Assembly: GCA_050084515.1 (NCBI GenBank)
Contig: CM114271.1
Coordinates: 18,600,001-18,664,000, forward strand
DNA from: Blasia pusilla
Lineage: Eukaryota
Direction of reading: 5' to 3'
DNA length: 64,000 nucleotides
Part shown: positions 50,401 to 60,730 of the stretch, in pieces
How the letters are laid out: every line of letters starts with the position of its first letter
Position numbering within the stretch: position 1 is the stretch's first letter
Made by a program: the position numbers and the translations under genes
Notes under the pieces: generated by a model
Databases searched by the model: none
Seen by the model: only the letters and a program-made list of their open reading frames with translations
What the model was told of the DNA's origin: nothing

Positions 50401-50803
50401 GATGGCATCCAAGTGATGGGCGCCTTAGCTCATTACCCATTCGATTCACAGCTGCAATGATCGAGCGACGGCCAAGAGAGATGGCGACCTTAGCAGCATT
50501 TAGCAATGCCATCACTTGGCCTAGTGATTTGATTAGGGAAATGTCCATACAGAGGATACTCCCATTTGTGACATTTCTATGCAAAGGAGTGTCATGGTAG
50601 CTGCATCAGTCTGTGGAGGAGACGTGCCGCTTTGGGGTTTGCCTGAGGAGCTTCGACGCTTAGCCATTGAGCATGAGCAGACCGCATGGAGCGAGACGTT
50701 TGCACCAAAGTGTGACAGGTCAAAGGAACCCCAAGTAAGCAGGAGTGCTACTATAACCCCTTTGGACACCACCCTGATTGTATGGTGGATCCCAGAGAAG
50801 GAT

Positions 50804-51750
50804 ATTCGGGTGTTGGATCTCTTTGGAGGGATCAGCACTGGGTTAGTTGTTATTTTGCAAGCTGGAGTGCGCGTGCAAGAGTACCTATATGTGGAGATTG
50901 ATGATGTTGCGAGGCGCGCTTCACTTCACCATGTGGCGCAGTTACGCCTCCGTTTTCCCGACTTGTTGTCTGCATCTGCCATTCTGGGTTACCAGAGTTC
51001 TCTACCGAGGGACATTTCATTGTTGGGGACGCATGACTTGGAGCGGGTAGGGACCATAGACTTGATCATTGTTGGTTGGCCATGTGAGGGCCAGTCAAGT
51101 GTTGGACTGGATAGTGGATTAGCTTACTCTCGGTCCATGTTATTTTGGGAGATGATGCGGATCTTGCAACACTTGCAGGAGCATCAATCTTGTCCTCCAA
51201 CATACATTGTAGAGAATGTACAGATTTTGGGCGATTCGAGGTCCCGTGTGGTGACAAGTGCACATCAAGTGAGCGCATGGATTGGCCTTGAAGTTTTGTT
51301 GGATGCGGCAAGTATGGATTCACGAGCACATCGCCCGCGTCTTTGGTGGACCAACTTGGTACCACACAAGGTATTGCACAGGGCATATGCGAGAGTGGAG
51401 CGCCCCTCGGATTTTTTGGTGGATTCTATATTGGATCCGGGCCGTCAATCACAGGCAGTGAGGCTAGATGATTGACCGCCGTTGACTATGGTCAACATGA
51501 TTTGTAGGCCACGGGAAGCGTGTCCTACATTGGTGAGTTCTCCCGCTTCCTATGCATTCAAGGACGCCGGACCTCGCTTGGTTTGGGATGACCAAGTACA
51601 GAGGTTGGTGGAGCCCAACGCCGATGAGCGAGAGCAAGCGATGGGATTCCCCACAGGAGTGACGGCAGTACCGCCACTATCAGAGGCATGACGACATCAT
51701 GTCTTAGGTCAGGCAATGGAGCTGAATTGCTTGACATGGATTTTTAGCTT
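50804..51750 (+). pseudogene. C5-cytosine DNA methyltransferase domain (DNMT3-like) within pol; single frame with two internal TGA codons
   Basis: Motif I IRVLDLFGGISTG; IV IDLIIVGWPCEG; VI YIVENV; VIII AHRPRLWWTNL; IX/X EREQAMGFPTGVT...HVLGQAM. Confidence 0.92.
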
Positions 51751-52081
51751 AGGAGTAGTTGAGCGACGTCGTTTGAGTATGCGAGAGATCACAATTGTTG
51801 CATTGGTGAGCCCCATGCCTATTGAGATGGTTAGGGCATTGGTTGGGGGACAGACCCAAGGAGATCGACACACCAGGGATGATCGGGAGAGACACCCTTG
51901 GACTTCTTGGGATATTTTGCAGGTATGCCAGAAGATGATAGCCATAGCATCGAGCATGGTTCCGGGTTTTGCACGTGGAGATGATAGTTCTATTGTCTGA
52001 GACGGGGTTGCACCATAGCAACCACTGACATCCGCGTCGGAGAGTCCTACCGTAGTCACGATGGAGACTTCAGAGCCAGAT

Positions 52082-55000
52082 TGAGTGCTTGGGTCCTACG
52101 ATATACCAAGGGAGCCTTGGTGTGCAACAAACAAAGGTAGAGGCTATTTCACGCATTCCACGCCCTATAGATGTGAGTCGAGTTCGTGCATTCATGGGAT
52201 TGGCAAACTTCTATCGACGATACGTCAAGGGTTTCAGTTTGATTTCAAAGCCGCTAACCTTGTTGACCAAGGTGGATCAAGAGTGGCATAGGGGGGATGA
52301 GCAGGAGAGAGCATTTCATATGCTCAAGGATAGATTGACGTCCGTGCACATATTGAGGAGACCGATCAGGGGGCATCCTTTCCAGTTGCATACCAATTGG
52401 AGCATGTTGGGGCTTGGAGCCATGCTCATCCAACATGACGATGATGGTAGAGAGTTCATGGTGGCTTATGCTAGTCGCTTGAACAATGCTACAGATTTCG
52501 CGACCCTCATAACCAAACAAGCGCCAAGCGGAACATCCGAACTCTAGCGAGCTCACGCTAGGATGGTTTGCGCTTTGGGAGTTAAGGAAACACAAGGGCA
52601 AGATGCGAGCGAGGTGAGCGTTTCGAGTGTTTCGTGTGTTGTGGTCATGACCAGGAAATCATAACCAAATGCGGTACTCAGACTTGAGAGAAGTCAAGTC
52701 TTGGAGGAGACGCGACCAAGGGGTGAAAACTAGACTTGAGACGTTGCAGCACTTGAGAGTTTCCGACTGTACTTTTGACCATAACTTTGACTCCCAAGAA
52801 GCGTTTGGGACAAATAAGATAGCATTGGAAAGCTTATGTCAAGTCAATTCTAGCGCACCAAAGACCTTTGCAAACACTTGTGCAAAGGATGAGATATGGG
52901 CCAAAACCAAACGTAAGAGGAGTCGGGTTGAGGGCCAAAAAGAGGGGCCCGGTTGGTCTTTCCCAAAGGTAGGGGGACCCCGGAGTTTCCTAAAAGTACA
53001 AGTAAGGGGGAAGGTCTCCAAGAGTTCTTGGGACTCGAAGCCCACTTTGGGCGCCGCGAGGCGATCCAAGGGCACGGAACGGATCATGAGTTTGGTGGTG
53101 GGCTTTAAAACCCAAACCAAGTTCAATAGAGGGATTTCGGAGATCCCTATTGGATTCCAACTTGCGACTCATATTATTGAGTCTCGGTTAGGGGCTCATG
53201 CCAAGTTTGTTGGACAATTGGGACCGCTAGGCGCGCAAATGCCGTTTCAGGTGCCTAGACTAACCAGAAAGTTTGTCCCAAGTCTCTGAAGGCTTGCCCG
53301 TGTAGGGAACCTAGGAATGAGGGAAGGTTGAGCTTGATAAGATGCCCAGTTGAGGATTCGGTGGGTTGAAAGACCGCTTGATCCAAAGCCAGACTAACGT
53401 GAGTGCATTTGGGTGCAGGTTGGCGATGAGAGCGTGTCCTACTAAACGTACGCTTCTGCAACACTAAGATTGACGTTCAAGGAGAGTAGGCGCACGACAA
53501 TAGAGGCGAATTATAACTCGTATGAGGGTGAGTGCTTGGCTGCAGTGTGGGCTATTGCACATTTCACATGTTATCTATTTGGAAATCCCTTTACCATCAT
53601 TACTGATTATCAGCCACTTAAGTGGTTGATGGCATCCGACAAGCTAAGAGGAAAGCTTGCAAGGTGGGCTCTTTTGTTGCAGGAGTATGACTTCCAAGTG
53701 GTACATCGACCTGGGAGGCTCAACCAAGATGCAAATGGTTTGAGCTGTAACCCATGCCCGAGTCAGCAAGATACGACTAGAGCTCGTTGGCATGGTGAGA
53801 GTGATGAGGAGTTGGTGCCAAGATGGCATACGTTAGCCTATTTGGGCTTGTTGGCTATGGAGAGCCAGATTTCTAGGACTTTGATGGTGAGGTCTAATGG
53901 AGAGTCCTTAGATACTGAGGCCGGTGAGAAGACAACAGGTGGCCAAGACATTCACGGTGATGGAGTGGTCTTGGAGTACCTGCATACTCGCAGCGTCGCG
54001 AGCACAGTCGGTGCTAGAGAGTGGGATCAGATCCTACAATGAGCCAAACGGTTTCGGTGGGAGGGCACATATATGTTGTGAGTGTGGGAGGATGGTAGAG
54101 TGGATGTAGTGTCTCATCCTTCATAGAGAGCACGTTTGGTGCGTCATTCCCACGAGGAGTTTGGTCATTTTGGAGTGAAACGGACGTACAGCTTGCTCCA
54201 GATTCAGTATTGGTGGCGAGGCGTACAGACTGACGTTTAGCAATTTGTTGCCAGATGCATGGTGTGTGATCAAGTCCGAGTATCATTCAATGCTCCGACT
54301 CCATAGTTGCATCCACTTCCAATCATGGGTTTAGGTTATAGATGGAGTTTGGATTTTGCAGGAACTTTGCTTTTGAAGGAGCGTCATAGTCCTTATGTGT
54401 TGATGATGGTCCTGCACTTATCGAAGTGGATAGAATTGGTTGCATTGTCTGACAAAGCAAGTGAGGGAGTAGCGTATGCCTTCCTAGATTGAGTGTTGAG
54501 TCATTACTGCGCACCAATGGAGGTGTTGACAGACAAGGGTACAGAGTTCTACAGGGAGTTTTAGGCCTTCTTTATCAGGCACTTATCGACCACCGGACTA
54601 CTTTCCGAGATCATCCTGAGGAGGATGGACTAGCGGAGCGGGTTGTGCAGACAATGAAGAGAGGACCACGCAAGTATGGCTTGCAGAGAGGTCACCTAGG
54701 AGATTGGGACCTTCAGAGAGTGATGTCCATGGCGTTTGAGAACTTGGCGATTGCGTAACATCGGGATACCTTGAGATATGCAACTTTTCAGGAAGATGGT
54801 TATTGACCTACTATCCAGAGGTTTCATCATGAGGACTATGTCTACTTGCAGCAGATGGCATCCACGAGGTTGGATGTGACTACAAGGTGCATCATATTGA
54901 GAGTGCGTGAGGTTTTGCCATCCAGTGTTCTCTTATTGGAAGGACACGATGGTATGGTTTGGAAGGACCATGTGCGTAATTATGCGCCATGTCATCTTCC

Positions 55001-55196
55001 AAACATTGACGATGTATTTGATCCAAGCTTAGCAATAGTTCTTGCAGGCTTGCGGTCTATGTTGTGTGGTTCTGCCCGTGGTGCAGCCACTATTATAGTC
55101 TGTGATGAGTGTTCGAAAGAATGGCATATGGCATATTTGATGCCACCTCTCACTAGGGTTCCTCAGGGAAGATGGATGTATCCCACATATACATAA
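52082..55196 (+). pseudogene. RT C-terminal tail, RNase H (interrupted), Gypsy integrase (HHCC plus core) and C-terminal PHD finger
   Basis: VRAFMGLANFYRRYVKGFS; VAYASR..EANYNSYEGECLAAVWA; ARWALLLQEYDF; HEEFGHFGVKRTY...CMVC; WSLDFAG; GLAERVVQTMK; LCGSARGAATIIVCDECSKEWH...VPQGRW. Confidence 0.9.
52496..53499 (+). mobile_element. 1004-bp solo-LTR-like insertion splitting RNase H
   Basis: T(T)TCGCGACC...GCGCACGACA ends; flanks ACAGA/ATAGA; removing it restores ASRLNNATEANY. Confidence 0.85.
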
Positions 55197-55375
55197 AGAA
55201 GGTAGTTCTACATTCTGACTTGTGTCTGTGAAATGGATGACAAAAAGGTGACTAACAATGGGGCCACATGAGCACCCGACCTTCTTGCTCTTAGTGTCTC
55301 AGAGATGTATGTCATGGTAAGTAGGGATAGATGGCTATGTAGAGTTAAAGGGACCTAACCACCAGCTAGGGGGGA

Positions 55376-55487
55376 AATTGGAGATATTTTGGTACTTCTT
55401 GTCTCGTTGTTTGGATGCCATGAGTTAGCATGGGATTGTGCGTGCTTGTGTGTGTGTCTAGTGACAGCGATGTGTATGCGCACGATA
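55376..55487 (+). repeat. Repeat X1 (112 bp), preceded by polypurine tract AGGGGGGAAA (55368-55377)
   Basis: AATTGGAGATATTTTGG...GCGCACGATA; direct repeat of 56005-56133. Confidence 0.92.
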
Positions 55488-55489
55488 AT

Positions 55490-56005
55490 TGTCACATCTT
55501 TTAGGCTACATTAGTGAGATCTAGTAGAGTGCCTTTGTGAGTAGTGGATGACATGTTGAGTAGGTCGAGGATGCCATGCTGAGGCCCCAGAAAACCTCAG
55601 AGAGCAGTTTTTCCCTTCATTTTGTCTCATTTGGAGCCATATTGAGAAACTTGCTAATTTAGGTAAGCACCCTTTTGAATATATGATCAACTTTCTATTT
55701 TTGTTAAGTGACCCTTGACCTCCTACATCAGGGCAAGAGCCAAGGAGGTGACTTGAAAGCATAGGTTACCATGGAGAGAGCTTGGGAGAGGGGAGGGATA
55801 TACCTCAAGGAGAGACAGCCTGAGAGCTCATTCTCTTTTTGTTGAACCTCTTGGCATGAGGCGGCGGAGTTATGGTCTTACTTGCCTTGTGTGTGTAATC
55901 CAAGCCTCTCATTAGGAGAGTGGGTTTGGTTTGATATAGAGAGAGACATGTGAGAGTGCACACATTTGAGAGCTATGGTGTTGAGAGAGATTGGATCTTA
56001 TTTTA
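55490..56005 (+). repeat. Repeat A2 (516 bp)
   Basis: Direct repeat of 45794-46309, sandwiched between X1 and X2. Confidence 0.93.
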
Positions 56006-56133
56006 ATTGGAGATATTTTGGTATTTCTTGTCTCATTGTTTGGATGCCATGAGTTAGCATGGGATTGTGCTTGTTTGTGTGTGTGTTTGGTGACAGCGAT
56101 GTATGTTGTGTAGCGATGTGTATGCGCACGACA
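56005..56133 (+). repeat. Repeat X2 (129 bp), right terminus of the element
   Basis: AATTGGAGATATTTTGG...GCGCACGACA, followed by the TSD AGGT. Confidence 0.92.
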
Positions 56134-57613
56134 AGGTTTAAATCTTTTACACATGAAAATTACTACCTCTTTGATGTTGCTACAACCTTGAGAGTTCACA
56201 AGAAGGATTTGCAAGCCTAGCTAAGGGCACATCTTAATCGAATATTCCTATGATCTCTAGTATAGCTCACACCCATATTGTTACCATAAGAAATCCTATA
56301 TCGAGGATTAGAGTCCAAATTAGAGGTTCACACTATCTGTGGCAGAAATTTAAAGAGTGGAGATCATGAATGTAGGACCACTAACCCTACATATTTTTAT
56401 AACCTGAAAGGCATGCTATACTACATGCTTACATTTGTGTCATGCATCAACTTTGTAAAACATTAGTCTAGTGTGTTGTAGAAGATGGTGTTCAGCATGG
56501 CATACTCTCATTACTAATCTACATCCAAATACACTCACATTATCCACAATTTGGATCGACCAACCTTCCGTCTCCCAAATTTAGGTCTTGGATAAATCCT
56601 CAAGCTCAACAAATCTAGACGGGATGCAATACCAACCTAACCCCACATTCACAAAGAGATGCAAATCATTCAACACTTGAGACAAACTTCCTTAATATTC
56701 TAGGAACATGAAACGAAGCCAACGCACGTGGAAGCCCCAATTGACCCATGGACATAAAACAAGTCTCCAATCGAAATTCCGTACATGAACCTCAGATAAT
56801 GGTGGTAAAAAATTAGGGTCCAAAAGTGGACAATTTTAGCTTGACTTGGTATGAAAACCCACAATGCAAACCTCTCAATCCCTCGCTCAATCCATCCCGT
56901 GCTTTTAGTTCAACCCCCATGGTTCTTAAGATGGGGTTGAGATTCCAAAATCCATTGGAGGCCATCCCCTTTATGTACAATTCTAGAGAAATCCAACCGC
57001 CCCCCCCTTCCAGAAATTCTTCTTGGACCACACCTTGTGTCCCTTAACCCAAACTAGACCTTTCATGTATTAGAACCAACTTCTCATAAGCGTTCGAACG
57101 TCGTTTTACTCATCCCAAACGCATCTTGGATCTAGCCGCTATGACCTGGAAAGAAGAGAACTCCCAAATGCTAGATCAAATTGATAAACTTTAGGTCTCA
57201 ATCCAAAATAATGCTCCTTGATAACTTGTGAGATTAGGACCAACAATCTAGGAAAAGACAAAGGGTCGCGTGAGGGATAGTATCATCCAAACTCAAAATG
57301 AACCTTACTTGCAAACCCAATCAACAATTCTAAATATTGCATTGTATCCCTTATATTCAAGAAGACTTGTAATAAAGTCCATATTGATGCTTTGCTTAGA
57401 GACAAGCTTATTTCTAACAGTTCTACCAGTGACATTTTAGAACTTGCCTCTTGCTTAATGTCGCAATATGTTAAAGAATATGATTATTTTGGGTGGTGGT
57501 TATCGATAAGGAATGTAGATATTTTATCTTGGAGATTCTGTCTATATCTTCATCATACAGTACCGATAAAATTGGGTGTGGCGGTAGGACGCAACTTTTT
57601 GTATGAACGAGAT

Positions 57614-60600
57614 TGTCACGACTCTTGGGATAGATCGGTGGGATCTAGCAGAGCGTTTGCACGAGTAGTGGAGGATAGGCCTAGGAGGTTGAGGATGACA
57701 TGTTGAAGCCCCGAGATACCTGAGAGAGCATGTTTCCCCTTCGTTTCGGCTCATTTGGAGCCAAATAGAGAAACTTACTATTTCGGGTAAGTTTCCATGT
57801 TGGAGATAGTTGACTTTACACTCTAGGAAGTGGCACTTGACCCGATACAACACGTCAAGAGCCAAGGAGGTGACCTGCGAGCATAGGTTACCGTTGAGAG
57901 GGCTTGGGAGAGGGAAGGGGGTATACCTCTAAGAGAGAGAGCTTGAGAGCTCATTCTCTCTTTGTTGAACCTCTTGGCATAAGGCGGCGGAGCTATGGTG
58001 AATTGCCTTGTGAGTGTAATCCAAGCCTCTCATTAGGAGAGTGGGTTTGGTTTGACATGAGAGAGAGTGCACACCTTTGAGAGCTATGGTGTGAGATGGT
58101 GTAGAGAGAGATTGGATCTTACTTTACAAAGAGAGAATGAGAGAGTAAGAGAGCTTCATGGGGGAGCTCGCTGGTCACTCACTATTTCCACAAGTTGAAG
58201 ACCCTGTTCCCCGTTCAATGGCTCATGCGAGTGCTCACCAGAGCAAGGGCTGCTTTGATTCTTCTTTGCATTTGCCGATTTTTCGTGTGGAAGAGTGGCG
58301 CGCGGAAGCGTTGCCCAATTTCGGATAGGGATTGATTATGGGGGCGAGTTTCCCAATGCCGGTGCTCTCGAGAGCACCATGTAGTTTGCTGATTTGTATT
58401 TTTATAGGTTTTATATTTTCGTTGGGAGAGATCAGCACGGAAGTGCTGCCAAATTTTGTGTAGGAGAAAGAGACATTGGGCTTTACAACAGTCCTTGTCA
58501 ATTTTTATTGGAATTTCCGATTCTAAATATTTTTTGATGCTATTGTAGATCATAAAGTTGTACACGTTTTGCAATAAACAATGCATAATTTGGAGTTGCG
58601 AGCCAAAATTTATGATCAATCTTGCAAAACTTCCATTGCTAGGCGATTTTTAAGGGTAAATTGTTCAGACCCTAAACCAGCCGCCACACCGGCAGCGGCC
58701 TTCGCCATCATAGTCACCATCAACGGTACGCCGTCGATGGTCAACCGTCACTCTCACATGACAGCCATCACCATCAATGGTCAACTGTAACCGTCAACAG
58801 TCCACCGTCCGTTGTCCACCTTTAGTTGCCATTGCCGCCATTACGGAGTGGAGGGTCTTCCACGACGTTCGTTGATTCTCTAACTTGCGTCGCCACCACA
58901 TACTTTGTTTTGGCCGCCACTGTCATTGCAATTTCATCATCAACCAATAATGGCAAATGACCTCTATTCATGGTGTTTGAGTTTTGATTTCATGCTGCTA
59001 TGTTGTGATTAGTAGCCGCTCGACGACGATCGAGTACCGTGCCATGACACCCGTAGTCGCAACGCGCCGCCAATTGTTGCGTCGTGCCACTCGTGGCCAC
59101 ACCACACTGTCTTGATCATGGAACCTCTCCTTCACTAAAGAGCAGAGCATGTGAATTGCTGATTAAGGAGGGTATGCAGCCGAATGCCGCACCCCATTCC
59201 CGAGTGTCGTGTTGTTTGTAGCCGTTCCGTGCCGCCAGTGCCGCACCCGAGCGCTCGACCTGCACCGCACATCGAGGAGGTTGAGCAATATTAGTACCAG
59301 AGGAGTACGACTTGCTGATTGGAGTAGTTGTCTTCACGATCAAGTTGGGGTTGAGATTTTCTGTTGCTGAGGAGCGACATCGATATGTGTTCAGGTTATC
59401 CATTCTGGTCCTTTGCCCTCCACATGTGAGGAATTCTGGGATTTGGGTAGTTTATTTGGGGATATTGGGTTGTATGGATGTTGAGAGCATCATTCATGTA
59501 TGTGGTTTAAAGGACATAGACGTGTGTGGGATGTCTAGAGTTGAGGGTAGGTTTTCGATGAGATGATAGCCTGGTCGATTTGCCGCACCACGCCGCGTGT
59601 TGCCGCACGTTACACGTCTTGAGGAGGGAGAGTGTAGATCGAGTGCCACATGTTTGGGATGAGTGATTGAGGGATTACTTGCAAGGTTGAGAGTGATCAT
59701 GTGAGAGGGACACGAGAGTCATCACGGCGTCCGTTTGGGACTTTGAGAGGCGAGGAGATGAACCCGAGAGTAACTCTAGAGGTTTTACGCGGAGAGGCAC
59801 GAGGTTCCGAGGGTGTCCACGTGAGGGACCACCTCGATCTCCTTCTGTGTCATCGTCAGAGGAGGGAGAGGGTGTAAAGGAGTTTTTGAGCACATCGCCA
59901 TACATTGTGAGTGGTCCTACCAGTTGGGCGTACGAGATGGACAACCGGGATAGAGGACCGCGCAAGTTTACAAGTGCAGTAGGCACGATTGAGTTGCACG
60001 ATTTCATAGCAGAGTTTAGGAGTTGGTGCGACTCCCAACGGACCAGGAACTCTAGAGAGTTCAACCCGTTTACAGCATGGAACGGAATGTTCCAGCATTT
60101 AGAGGGGGCGCCCATGGACGATTACCATGAGTTCTCTCAGAAATATGCACGTGAGATCGAGGCGTGGAGGCTCTACTATGACCCACATTATGTCACATGG
60201 ACGGAGCCGTTCCTAGATGAGGAGGAGGAGTCAGGAGAGGCTACTTCCTTGATTGGCATATGAGCACGTGCAGACCACGTGGAGCGAGGCATTTGCACTA
60301 GAGCGTGATGGGTCTGAGAAACCTGAGGTAGGAGGGAGTGCTACGATGACACCCTTGGATACCACACCTGTTGTGTGGTGTATCCCGGAGGAGGGTATTT
60401 GAGTGTTAGATCTCTTTGGAGGGATTAGCACCGGATTAGTTGTTGTTTTGCAGGCAAGAGTGCGAGTGCAGCAGTACCTATATGTGGAGAGTAATGATGT
60501 TGTGAGGCGCGTCTCACTACGACATGTGGTGCAGTTATGCCTACGTTTTCCCGACTTATTTTCTGCGTCCGCGATACAGGGGTACCAGAGTTCCCTACCG

Positions 60601-60730
60601 AGGGATATTTCGTTGTTGGGGGCGCAAGACTTAGAGCGACTAGGGACCATTGATTTGGTCATTGTCGGTTGCACATGTGAGGGCACGTCAAGTGCTGGAC
60701 GAGGTTGCGGGTTGGCTAACACTCGGTCCA
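57614..60730 (+). mobile_element. Second, internally deleted copy of the DNMT-Gypsy family (A, leader, 5' gag, jump to DNMT N-half)
   Basis: Starts TGTCACGAC; colinear with 45794-48425; at ~60250 it jumps to the homologue of ~50660; VLDLFGGISTG...IDLVIVGCTCEG. Confidence 0.9.

Larger units (their letters stand above)
45794..56133 (+). mobile_element. Gypsy-like retrotransposon with DNMT3-like methyltransferase, DDE integrase and PHD; split direct repeats A1...X1-A2-X2
   Basis: TGTCACG...CACGACA termini flanked by AGGT on both sides. Order: gag with two CCHC knuckles, protease, DNMT, RT tail, RNase H, integrase, PHD. Confidence 0.9.

Noticed and set aside
50804-51750. Host DNMT3/DRM gene or bacterial restriction-modification methylase
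   Set aside because: Intronless, embedded between protease and RT tail, and repeated in three element copies.
52669-53289. 206-aa ORF as an extra cargo gene
   Set aside because: Lies within the solo-LTR-like insert and has no recognisable motif.
45794-56133. DIRS/Ngaro tyrosine-recombinase element
   Set aside because: No tyrosine-recombinase motifs seen. HHCC plus DDE-type integrase, TG...CA ends and a TSD indicate Gypsy-type integration.
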